Virus record (IMG/VR): IMGVR_UViG_3300021431_000102
Location: 1 to 64,000 of that record
DNA: 64,000 nt
Source: a virus
Taxonomy: Duplodnaviria > Caudoviricetes
Direction: 5' to 3' (one strand)
Below the pieces are notes generated by a model. It was not told where the DNA came from. It was given only the letters and a program-made list of their open reading frames with translations, and searched no databases. Numbering within the stretch: position 1 is the first letter of the stretch; every line of letters starts with the position of its first letter. The translations under genes were made by a program, and so were the position numbers. Of this stretch, positions 56,001 to 64,000 are shown piece by piece.

Positions 56001-58234
56001 GTTTTTGCTCCACCCATACTATCAATTTCTTCATTAATAGCTTCTATTTGAGACTCTATATCTTTTAACTGAGATTTAGAATCTGTATAAGTTTTTATAA
56101 TATTTTCTCGTTCTTTTTTTAAATGACTAATAAACTTAGAAACAAGAGCAATCCCGCCAGCAACAAGTAAACTAATACCAATAGTCCTTGCAGCATTTAA
56201 AGCCTGTTCTAATGCCACCTGTTTGCCCAATAAAGCAATAGTATCAGCGTCAGCTTTTTTCTGTAAATTACTTAAAGCTATGCGTTGAGCAAGACTAAGG
56301 TTCCTTTCAGAATCATATTTTAACAATTCAACAAAAGATTCTCGTTCTTCTTTGGTTAAATCGGTAATATTTTTTACTTTATTAAGAACATCTTGATAAG
56401 AACTCGGCTTTAAGAAAGGAGTTAATATTTTTAAAACATCCTTAAGAGAATCTTTTAGGTTTGTAGTAGAAAGATTAAATAGCCCAGAAATTTTTTCAAC
56501 ACCGCTAGTAACGTTTTTAAACAAACTAGTTACTTTACCTGAAATCAATCCTAAAGAAATAGGGACGATACCTATTTTATTAACAATATCTACTAGTGCA
56601 CTGCCCATTCGTATTAAACCAGTAAGTATAGGAGACACTTGTATACTTGCATACATATTTTCAAGACTTGCTTTAAACTGATTTAAAGCTCCTGTTAAAG
56701 AATTTAAGTATGCATTTTGTTCTTTTGCAGCTGAGCCAGTAGCCTTATCAACATTTTCAACTGCCTTTTGAACACCTGCCCAGTTATTTAAAAGAGCCTG
56801 CAATACAGTTATTTGGTTTTTACCAGCCAACTGTTCTCCAATTAATTGTTGTTCGTTTTTAGTCAGCTTATCCCAAACACGGGCTAAGTCAGCTAAAATA
56901 TCATATGTTCCCCTTAACTGACCAGTTTGGATATCGGTGATATTAACAACCTCACCATATTTTTCAGTAATACCACCAATTAAACCCTGCAGTTTTGCAG
57001 AATCACCTTTAATCTGTCTTAATCTTTGAGATATAGTTTTTAAACCATTAGATGTTTTTCTAATATCTTGCAAAATTTCATTTGCACCAGTTAACATTGC
57101 ACTCAGCTGGCCAATACTTGTATCTTGACTTGCAAATACCGAACCTACTCTACTTATGCCTTCTGCCAAATCATCAAAAGAAATAGCGGCATTATTACTA
57201 ATAATATTTAACTGGTCGGTAATTGTTCTTGCTTTCTCAGCAGGGATATCATACGCCTTCATAACAGAAATTAAAACCTGAGCTGACTGAGACATATCCG
57301 TAATACCATCAGATACGTTCTTTAATACAGCAGCTTCTTCTGTTAACTTTTCAATCTGTTCAGTGCTATAACCACTTCTAGCAAAAACAGCACTGGCTTC
57401 TAGTAATTGACTAGTAGTAGTTGCTGTTCTATTTCCTATTTGCTGTACATTGCCAACAAAAGCCGTTAGTTCCTTCTCTGTTAAATTAGTAACTTTTCTA
57501 ATTTCAACTAATTCAGCATCTAACTGTTTAGTAGCTTCAAATATGTTCCTGACAAAACCCAGTGCGGCATTCCACAAACCATCAACAATTTTTGTTTTTA
57601 TTGTTGTAACATAACTAGCAACTTCTGATGCAGTAGCTAAAGCAGCAGCCTTAGCTTCTTCTCGTACTTGCTTTTGTTGTTTTTCAAAATCTTTAGATTG
57701 TTTAGTAGCATTAGAAATTTCTACACTAAGAAGCTTGAAATTTTGAGCTACTGCAGCCACATCTTCTTTAGTCTGAGCATTTGATAAAGAATCCTTTAGA
57801 GCATCTAATGCATCTTTAAGACCTGTTTCTTTCCCAAGGATAGCCTCATTCCTTTTTTCAAATACTTCTATATTATTTTCTAAAGATTCTTTAGTATGTT
57901 TAACACTATTAGCGTATTTTTCTTCTGCTACAGCTGCCTTTAATGTTGCGATTGTATTCTCATTTTTAATCTTAGTTAATTCTTTTTCTATATTGGCATT
58001 TTGTTTTTCAACATCAGCAACAGTATTTCCTCTGCCTCCCTCTGTCACTTTTTTTGCAGCATCAATACTATTTTCTAATTTTTTAATTTCAGCCTCTATC
58101 TTTTTAATATATTCAATAGAGCCGCCCCATTTTTCAAGTTCCTTTTTTTTATTCTTAAGCTCAGATAATTGTTTATCTAATTCTATTAAATTATCTTTTA
58201 GAACACGCACCGAATGATTAAAATTTTGTGCCAT
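53090..58234 (-). CDS. tail tape measure protein (TP901-type core)
   Basis: 1714 aa, coiled-coil; LDAELVEIRKVT, QVLISVMKAY, GLKTISQRL, LAGKNQ. Confidence 0.9.
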   Translation of the reverse strand: MAQNFNHSVRVLKDNLIELDKQLSELKNKKKELEKWGGSIEYIKKIEAEIKKLENSIDAAKKVTEGGRGNTVADVEKQNANIEKELTKIKNENTIATLKAAVAEEKYANSVKHTKESLENNIEVFEKRNEAILGKETGLKDALDALKDSLSNAQTKEDVAAVAQNFKLLSVEISNATKQSKDFEKQQKQVREEAKAAALATASEVASYVTTIKTKIVDGLWNAALGFVRNIFEATKQLDAELVEIRKVTNLTEKELTAFVGNVQQIGNRTATTTSQLLEASAVFARSGYSTEQIEKLTEEAAVLKNVSDGITDMSQSAQVLISVMKAYDIPAEKARTITDQLNIISNNAAISFDDLAEGISRVGSVFASQDTSIGQLSAMLTGANEILQDIRKTSNGLKTISQRLRQIKGDSAKLQGLIGGITEKYGEVVNITDIQTGQLRGTYDILADLARVWDKLTKNEQQLIGEQLAGKNQITVLQALLNNWAGVQKAVENVDKATGSAAKEQNAYLNSLTGALNQFKASLENMYASIQVSPILTGLIRMGSALVDIVNKIGIVPISLGLISGKVTSLFKNVTSGVEKISGLFNLSTTNLKDSLKDVLKILTPFLKPSSYQDVLNKVKNITDLTKEERESFVELLKYDSERNLSLAQRIALSNLQKKADADTIALLGKQVALEQALNAARTIGISLLVAGGIALVSKFISHLKKERENIIKTYTDSKSQLKDIESQIEAINEEIDSMGGAKTIAQTKQLEELNLELYRTEKRAEAAKKKYLELVEARFQYAGYGTGYLKFEDKTSGVDIEYKEKDILKFFDEVSNRFVVTEENYAEVLDVIEGDVYNFFDGLRDSTDENVQRAIAQLDSLKESLKEYERDLKEDVTLGITQESVEDYLRLVFEDAIDTVSGELDWHKIFEGIGSVNVDDMVNYFGQPIDSFVDRIHQLNKENIELWQQQYTEIYAVSRGLQEYADLYEQATGTLSSSQLLNILDNWDKYADVLVVENGELKISKELVLQKAKAQIETLKSTLKAKIAETEQTVAMEKLELAATKQALANAKAVINANNKKIESTRKYTAVKQAQIMAEKGVIVEAQRYMGDIQKYQTNIDQLTVAIANQESYINNLKGQIEALDKIDLESLMRNAAASTSKAAASTSRAAANTSKAAEATKQLNEELNKLKNLLSALQKQMSDTTDVYQKVQAAMKDIIEAEIDALEEENDTLDEGVKYYNARIKLIEEYYDSGIDKLKEQQKAAEEANEAEQQALKDKIDALKESTKEYEKQNKAQQDSIDVEVQALEDQIKAIEEANKAREDEVDMQQRLLDIEKARLAAEKAKDAYEAAKRSKTVRTYDAERGWVYTADQGAVNAAYGEYTSAQRNYEKLQEELAKIQADAQVQAEKDAIQAQIDALKEQKESLKELLDKTKEDADKQEEDWNAEIDVLKEQKDAISESFEKQIDELEKQSDSLSNIEDDVERMLDKYLNDEDVLAWVEAYKAASEEERRAMEAELRNEWAANRKSVLSNEEQIDQLKDLLTKVNDMLKTTESVLESEGVKAWLESFKGGDYTQRDDMITEMRDAYLDFVTAQQAEIDKVQASIDKLEGTINVTNQLLANWGTGKSNTPVNSYANGGVVDSGLLMNTGMLSNRVKVHGTPSSPEVILNGRQQANLLYRLGQQKPSVINNNNAGASSSSVYVANLTIQADSNDTLRGLLLQARQLAVVG

Positions 58235-58259
58235 TTATTCTCACCACCTTTAGATATGC

Positions 58260-58931
58260 TTAAAGGAATCCTTTTTCTTCACATTTTTTTAAAAAATAAT
58301 TATACATTTCAGTCCTAAACCAGTTATCAAACACTTCAAAATAACGACCTTCTCTTTTGCCAACCTTACGTTTAAATCTTCTGGTTCTGTACTTAAAACG
58401 AAGGTCATCACTATTATGATATAAAGTAACAGGAGTATTTAATATATCAGGCAAATCATCACGTTTATCAATACCATATAAACTTAAATAACGTGGTAAA
58501 GATTCTTCTCTCCTATTCCACCGTCTTATTTTTAAATCTTGATAAAAATAATGAATTTTATATACCAAACGATTATCTTTTATAAATACAAACACATTAA
58601 AAACCGTAGGAAAACGCCCATCTCTATCATAATAAAAAGAACCAGTTGAATTACCTTCATGTGTATACATGACATACCGTCTTTGCTCTACTAATTCTTT
58701 AAGTTTTCTAGTACAATTATAAGACGCCCATCGTTGAATAGCCATCAAATCATTTTTAAAATAATCTAAAAATCCTTTAGTAAACTCGAACTCTTTAAAA
58801 AATTTCCACCTTTTAATTTGTAAAAAATCTTCAGTATTTTTTTTTAAAGTTTTTTCATCTATATCCCATCGAGCACCAGCAGTTTTTTCATACCATTTTT
58901 TTCTCTTAGGATAAACTATCGGTAAAGGCAT
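58260..58931 (-). CDS. basic hypothetical protein
   Basis: 223-aa ORF upstream of TMP. Confidence 0.6.
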   Translation of the reverse strand: MPLPIVYPKRKKWYEKTAGARWDIDEKTLKKNTEDFLQIKRWKFFKEFEFTKGFLDYFKNDLMAIQRWASYNCTRKLKELVEQRRYVMYTHEGNSTGSFYYDRDGRFPTVFNVFVFIKDNRLVYKIHYFYQDLKIRRWNRREESLPRYLSLYGIDKRDDLPDILNTPVTLYHNSDDLRFKYRTRRFKRKVGKREGRYFEVFDNWFRTEMYNYFLKKCEEKGFL

Positions 58932-58936
58932 ATTGA

Positions 58937-59470
58937 TTATTCTCCAATATTTACAGAATTAGTAGCTCCAAATATTTCTAATAAACCCTTAATCTTTTCC
59001 ATATCCATAGATTCTAAATCCTTTTGAATTTGTTCAAAAGCATTTCTGGTTACTTGGTCATTAAAATATTCTTCCATTGTTTTCTTAACAATATTTTCTA
59101 TAACAAATATTTTATAATATTTCTGTATTTCATTTATTAAACGCCAATGTGCACTATCATCTCGTAACCATACTTCATATTCTATAGTATCAAATACATC
59201 TTCAACTTCTTTATCAGAAAGTGTTTCTACTAAAATATTAGTATACTTATCTAATAAAACTCTATAAACAATAATATTAGGGTCATCAAAAATATTTGTT
59301 ATATTATTCATGCATTCTTTATATAAATCATTATAATCTTCTTCTGGGATTATATTTTGTGCATAAATATCATTATTTAAATATTTGATATCTACTTTAA
59401 CTGCCTCAATCGGTTCTTTTTCTTCTTCAACAAAATTTAAAATAGCTTTTTCTTCTAATTCTTTTAACAT
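58937..59470 (-). CDS. hypothetical protein (possible tail assembly chaperone)
   Basis: AAGGAGG SD; acidic; position. Confidence 0.6.
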   Translation of the reverse strand: MLKELEEKAILNFVEEEKEPIEAVKVDIKYLNNDIYAQNIIPEEDYNDLYKECMNNITNIFDDPNIIVYRVLLDKYTNILVETLSDKEVEDVFDTIEYEVWLRDDSAHWRLINEIQKYYKIFVIENIVKKTMEEYFNDQVTRNAFEQIQKDLESMDMEKIKGLLEIFGATNSVNIGE

Positions 59471-59539
59471 ATCAGATTCCTCCTTTTATAATATATATGT
59501 TCAATTATATTATACCTTATAATATAATTGTAATAAAGT

Positions 59540-59576
59540 AAAAAAAGAGCCATTAAACTATAATGTTCAATGGCTC
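59540..59576 (-). terminator. intrinsic terminator after the major tail operon
   Basis: GAGCCATT/AATGGCTC stem followed by T7 on the minus strand. Confidence 0.7.
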
Positions 59577-59592
59577 CTCTAAACATTTCACA

Positions 59593-59853
59593 CTAATTAT
59601 CTAGTGTAGATTCTACTATTTTGGACTTTTTCTGTCTTTTCTTTTTAACTAAAGTTTCTTTTTGTGAAGATTCTAATGACAATCTATTCATCTCATTTTT
59701 GCGAACTACACATGAATTAAAATTAGCATTAGGTTTATACGTTTTTTCAGATGAACACCATCTAGCAAACTTACAAGGCATTTGAGTTATATTACATATG
59801 TAATAAATCCCGCTGCCTATATTTTTTTCTTCACCAAAATTGCAAAAATTCAT
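59593..59853 (-). CDS. small Cys-rich protein
   Basis: C..C..C..C..C pattern, basic tail. Confidence 0.6.
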   Translation of the reverse strand: MNFCNFGEEKNIGSGIYYICNITQMPCKFARWCSSEKTYKPNANFNSCVVRKNEMNRLSLESSQKETLVKKKRQKKSKIVESTLDN

Positions 59854-59861
59854 AAAGATTA

Positions 59862-60884
59862 TTATTCGACAGTTAAAATAATAGAATCTGAATAGTCGCC
59901 ATATGTGGCAGTAATAGTCATATTACCAGCAGTTGCAGTATCGGCAATAGTAATTAATCCTGTATTTTCTGCAACAGTTACACCTGTGATAGAACCAGAA
60001 GTAGTGAAAGTTACACCACTTGTTAATAAAGTACGATTATCTAAACTATTATATAAGCCGATAACATTTAACTGATAATCAGCAGCAGTTGCAGCAGCAG
60101 CCTTAATATTACCATTTGTGATGATAATACCATTAATATTCTGTTCAGATAATGCAACTGGTACCCACTTAATTGTAGCATACATATCACCAGTAGAGCA
60201 ATCTTCAGCCTTAACATTTAATGCCTTACCACTTAATGATTCATTAGATACGCCATCTGCACTTAATGATAATTCATAGTTACCAGATACTTGGAACTTA
60301 GGAATATTGTATTGTAATACATAAGCTAAATTCATATTTTCATCACGTAACTGAATGAATAAAGTTAAATCAACAACCTTTGGTGGAGTAGTTGTTTCAA
60401 TGGTTAATGTATCTACAGTTTCATAAACTTCATAAATAGCATGTACTAACTGTCCGCCCATGCTAGGAACAGAGATTACATACTGACCATTTCCGTTTTG
60501 AGTAGCAGTAGCCTGAGCTGCAGTATCTTCATCTAAGAAAACGTTAACAACACCAACAGGTACCTTACTGATTGTTCCATTACCTGAAGCATCTAAAGTT
60601 AAACATTCATCTTCAAGAATCTTTACATTACGATTAAGAATATCACTACCAACATTTAATGGTAAGAAAGCCTTTGAGAAAGTTACCTTTTCAATTGTAG
60701 CTTCAAGTGTCTTATCATGCATATAAACGCCCTGAATTACGTTATTAATACCACCACGAATTTCTTCTTCTGTCATAGATAAGCTGACAGCAGTAGAAGC
60801 ATTAGTAGTACCATAGAATAAACCAGCGCCTGTCTGAGGGTCACGACCTACTACATTAGCAACAGAAACTAAAAAATATTTCAT
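59862..60884 (-). CDS. major tail tube protein with C-terminal Ig-like domain
   Basis: EEIRGG.NN, LTLFIQ..IPKFQVSGNYELS; Ig-like C-terminus; AGGAGG SD. Confidence 0.7.
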   Translation of the reverse strand: MKYFLVSVANVVGRDPQTGAGLFYGTTNASTAVSLSMTEEEIRGGINNVIQGVYMHDKTLEATIEKVTFSKAFLPLNVGSDILNRNVKILEDECLTLDASGNGTISKVPVGVVNVFLDEDTAAQATATQNGNGQYVISVPSMGGQLVHAIYEVYETVDTLTIETTTPPKVVDLTLFIQLRDENMNLAYVLQYNIPKFQVSGNYELSLSADGVSNESLSGKALNVKAEDCSTGDMYATIKWVPVALSEQNINGIIITNGNIKAAAATAADYQLNVIGLYNSLDNRTLLTSGVTFTTSGSITGVTVAENTGLITIADTATAGNMTITATYGDYSDSIILTVE

Positions 60885-60898
60885 AATTTTCCTCCTGT

Positions 60899-61774
60899 TT
60901 ATCTATTTTTCAAGTCAGGAATTTCAAATGCACCGACCGACTTTGCTATTCCTGACTGAGCAAAATCATCTGATTTTATTAATAAATCATCATATCTTCC
61001 CTTTTCAAAATTAAGTGGCTCTAAATAATATTTAATTTTATTTTGGAATTTAACCATACCACTAGCTTGTAAAGGATATAATGTTTTATAATCTATATAC
61101 TGTTGTAAATAGCCAAAATGATATTTAAATTGATACAAAGTATAATCTTTAAAACTTTTACTGTTAACATCTATACCAGAAATTGCAATAAAAGCAAAAA
61201 TTTCATCCGAGAAAGACATTGATTTTTGTGAGTTGTATTTTTCTATTTTAATTTTTTCCATGTCAGCATTATAACCTTCAATACTTTTTAACGACACGCC
61301 ATTCTGTTTAAGAACAGTTTCTCTAACAATGTCAAAAATATCTTCATCTATTTTTAACATTTTATCACCCTTTTTAATTATAATATAAAAAGGACTATTA
61401 AAAATATCCAAAGGATTAGTCAACTGCATGTTACCAATAATAACAATATCATCACCGTTATTATTGTCTATTTTACAAGTATCTATAAAAAATTTTCTTA
61501 TCAATTCTATTATCCCGTAATAATCCCCAACACCACGGTAACTATAGCCATATAACATAGCTTTTAAATAAGAATTTTTATAAATGCCTTTTATCCCGTC
61601 AAATGGCATATTTGTTTTATCTACAAATTCCATTTTGTCTCTACCAAATAAAGTGTTTAAAATATCTGCTTTTTCTTTTTCAAATAATTTTATAGGATAA
61701 AAGGGAACCCCTTCAATACTTTGAGGTTCCCCTATGATATCCTTATACTCAGAATAAAAATCTTTTAATTCCAT
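60899..61774 (-). CDS. tail assembly/structural hypothetical protein
   Basis: Position in the head-tail cluster. Confidence 0.5.
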   Translation of the reverse strand: MELKDFYSEYKDIIGEPQSIEGVPFYPIKLFEKEKADILNTLFGRDKMEFVDKTNMPFDGIKGIYKNSYLKAMLYGYSYRGVGDYYGIIELIRKFFIDTCKIDNNNGDDIVIIGNMQLTNPLDIFNSPFYIIIKKGDKMLKIDEDIFDIVRETVLKQNGVSLKSIEGYNADMEKIKIEKYNSQKSMSFSDEIFAFIAISGIDVNSKSFKDYTLYQFKYHFGYLQQYIDYKTLYPLQASGMVKFQNKIKYYLEPLNFEKGRYDDLLIKSDDFAQSGIAKSVGAFEIPDLKNR

Positions 61775-62385
61775 TAATCAGAAATATTAGTAGACATAAT
61801 TAAAATATATCCACTATACTCCTTATTGTATGTAACAAGCTTCATATCTCCATTATAATCTTCATCATCATTAATATATAAATAATTTTTATTATCATTT
61901 AATGGTTTACCATTTAAACAATCAATAACATTTTGACACATTGCAAACGCCCTGTTATCAAATGGAGTTACTTCTGTGTTACATAACATCTTTTTATCAT
62001 TAACTATAAATTGAAAAAGAACAGACACTTTTGCTGTTGAAGGAGTTTCAGAATATCCTGATAAAACCTGAATTCTCATTTGGGCAAAAACTTTACCCTC
62101 ATCAGAAGTCATAGCCTCTTCAGAGAATTTTTGTAAAACAACATTATATCTATCTGTATTAATAGAATCTGTACATATCATTGAACGCTTTTCTTCTAAT
62201 GAAAGATTATCTTTGCCTAATGGGTTATCATATTTCATAAGCTTCCACAGCTCTTCATTATCTGTCATTAATTTATTTATAATATCATATGGTAAAGTTC
62301 TTACACTACCATATGTAGCATAATAAACATTTTTTTGCATATCTCTATTATTATAAAAATCCACTACAAAGCACCTCCCAGCCAA
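61774..62385 (-). CDS. putative tail terminator/completion protein
   Basis: Position and size. Confidence 0.5.
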   Translation of the reverse strand: MAGRCFVVDFYNNRDMQKNVYYATYGSVRTLPYDIINKLMTDNEELWKLMKYDNPLGKDNLSLEEKRSMICTDSINTDRYNVVLQKFSEEAMTSDEGKVFAQMRIQVLSGYSETPSTAKVSVLFQFIVNDKKMLCNTEVTPFDNRAFAMCQNVIDCLNGKPLNDNKNYLYINDDEDYNGDMKLVTYNKEYSGYILIMSTNISD

Positions 62386-63383
62386 ACATATACCGTTGTT
62401 ATATCTTCGGTAGTTAAGTTAGTAAAATCTATTTTTAATGGAGCCTTTGTATATTGTTTATTATTTGTAATTACAAACTCATTGCCTGTTAAATTACTAA
62501 TCGTATAATTCAACGTTGGCACTCCTGAACAGACAGCTTCAAAAATATCAGAACCTTTTAACCCATTAATATAATTATAAATATTAATATTAACATTTTC
62601 TCCCTGCCTTAAAGAAATACTATTTTCTATATTAATAATATCTCCATTAAGGGAATCATCAATTTGAATATCAGAGCCATTATAAGCTAAAGAATTATCT
62701 AAATCATCTTCTGGGAGCTCAGCTGTTAATCTCAAATAAACATACAAAAGACCTTCATCAATATTGTCATTATATTGATAAACAACATATGTACGCCCAT
62801 TCAACACAAAACGTTGATTAACATAAATGGTAGAAGTATCTGCATTCTGTTGTACAATAGCAATAATAGCACCAGATTCTACATTGAAGCCTTGACCACT
62901 ATCAAGAATATTAGTCTTAGTCATTTCTGTATTAAAATAACAAGGGTAACTATAAACTTTTTTTGTATTACTATCTTGCCATTTTAATTGTTGATTACAA
63001 GGTAGCATTCTGCCATGTACATTATACAACAATCTACAATCTAAAGATTCTAAAATCCAAAACTTATATTCAGGTGGAGTAACATTATTATGATAATAAT
63101 CAAATTGAATATAATCACCAATTTTAAATTTAACATCATTATAAGGGTAAGATAATAAATGCAAATATCCTACAGTTTTTTCTCCAGCATTACCTTCATA
63201 TATCCAAGTTTTATAGGTAATACCATAATTCATATTCCTATAAACTATACGAAAATCTACAGAATCTTCAAAGCCTTCTTTAATCGCATCACTAGTATTA
63301 TCTGCCCAATTAGAACCCGATACTCCTGCTTTTAACATTTTCATAGTACAGGTTTGTCCATAGCTCTTTGGTGTTAAAGCCAT
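62364..63383 (-). CDS. putative head-closure/head-tail joining protein
   Basis: FKIGDYI, MLPCN..LKW, RFVLNGRTY pattern of large Firmicutes siphophages. Confidence 0.55.
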   Translation of the reverse strand: MALTPKSYGQTCTMKMLKAGVSGSNWADNTSDAIKEGFEDSVDFRIVYRNMNYGITYKTWIYEGNAGEKTVGYLHLLSYPYNDVKFKIGDYIQFDYYHNNVTPPEYKFWILESLDCRLLYNVHGRMLPCNQQLKWQDSNTKKVYSYPCYFNTEMTKTNILDSGQGFNVESGAIIAIVQQNADTSTIYVNQRFVLNGRTYVVYQYNDNIDEGLLYVYLRLTAELPEDDLDNSLAYNGSDIQIDDSLNGDIINIENSISLRQGENVNINIYNYINGLKGSDIFEAVCSGVPTLNYTISNLTGNEFVITNNKQYTKAPLKIDFTNLTTEDITTVYVWLGGAL

Positions 63384-63386
63384 ATT

Positions 63387-63998
63387 TTAACCTCTTCCAG
63401 ACAAACCTTTTAAGCGGTCATGAGACCTTCTATACGAATATTTATTAATCATGCTTTCAACTCTATCTCTCCACTGAGTGATTGAAACATTACTTAATTG
63501 TTTTAACTGTTCAGCCTGACTATGAATTTTTACAGTTGTACTATATGTAACCTGATTTAATGTTTTTGCATTACCTAAATAAGATTCATAATATGCTATT
63601 TGTTCGGACTCGGCTAAGATGGCACATTCGTCATCGTCCAAATCGTCATCAAAAGAACCAATATCAAAAAAAGCAATAGTAACTTGAGCATTAGGAGCTG
63701 GGGTATCTTCTAATGTCAAAATATTAGTTTCACTATCATAAGTATATGCAATGGTTTCTTGTAATAAATCATCATCTTCCTTCTTTATCCCTACATAAAT
63801 ATTTGTTTGTAAATCTGTAGGGGCAGGAGTTAACTGAAATTCATTATCATAACCATCACCCGTAAACACATACTCACTTACAGAATACGGGGTATATTTA
63901 TTTAAATCTTTTAAACAATCATAAACAAAAGCAGCTTTACCGATAATTAATTGTTTATAACACAACTCATAATATTGATAAGATGGTAACGTGGCCAA
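63387..63998 (-). CDS. putative head-tail adaptor protein
   Basis: FDDDLDDDE..ILA, HSQAEQL; position. Confidence 0.55.
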   Translation of the reverse strand: MATLPSYQYYELCYKQLIIGKAAFVYDCLKDLNKYTPYSVSEYVFTGDGYDNEFQLTPAPTDLQTNIYVGIKKEDDDLLQETIAYTYDSETNILTLEDTPAPNAQVTIAFFDIGSFDDDLDDDECAILAESEQIAYYESYLGNAKTLNQVTYSTTVKIHSQAEQLKQLSNVSITQWRDRVESMINKYSYRRSHDRLKGLSGRG

Positions 63999-64000
63999 TG

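Noticed and set aside
984-58217. Numerous short opposite-strand or off-frame ORFs in the track (e.g. 984-1238, 10678-10926, 33545-33913, 43938-44324, 54038-54364)
   Set aside because: Shadows of real genes: no SD, and low-complexity antisense translations.
1-64000. Integrase, att site or host flank
   Set aside because: No recombinase ORF or bacterial housekeeping DNA in the window, so lifestyle cannot be determined here.

Overview
The window is 64 kb of a large, AT-rich tailed dsDNA phage genome (siphovirus-like, long tape measure protein). It probably infects an anaerobic low-GC Firmicute, given nrdD/nrdG, sigmaA promoters and an M23 endolysin. The plus strand (1-32855) has four blocks. (1) An early region of small, often very acidic ORFs, nearly each behind its own consensus TTGACA-17-TATAAT promoter, including an orphan MazF. 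(2) An SPbeta-like replication module: SSB-like protein, AAA ATPase, DnaB-like helicase broken by one in-frame TAA, ThyX-like protein, primase, PD-(D/E)XK nuclease, DnaE, a sigma factor and NrdDG. (3) An RNA operon. (4) A tandem array of paralogous mini-genes followed by RecU. The minus strand (32893-63998) carries head-tail, tail, tape measure, lysis and a large fibre/adhesin module with a GT2 glycosyltransferase inside it. The most striking feature is a ~1.5-1.7 kb GC-rich, hairpin-dense non-coding RNA at ~25771-27241(27420), closed by a perfect 9-bp end-to-end helix and lying just upstream of tRNA-Met, -Gln and -Asn. From memory it resembles the ROOL class of giant ornate phage RNAs but is larger, and a complete HNH homing-endonuclease ORF is inserted almost exactly into one of its stem-loops. 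No integrase, reverse transcriptase or CRISPR array is visible. All family assignments come from motif recognition by eye; no database search was run.
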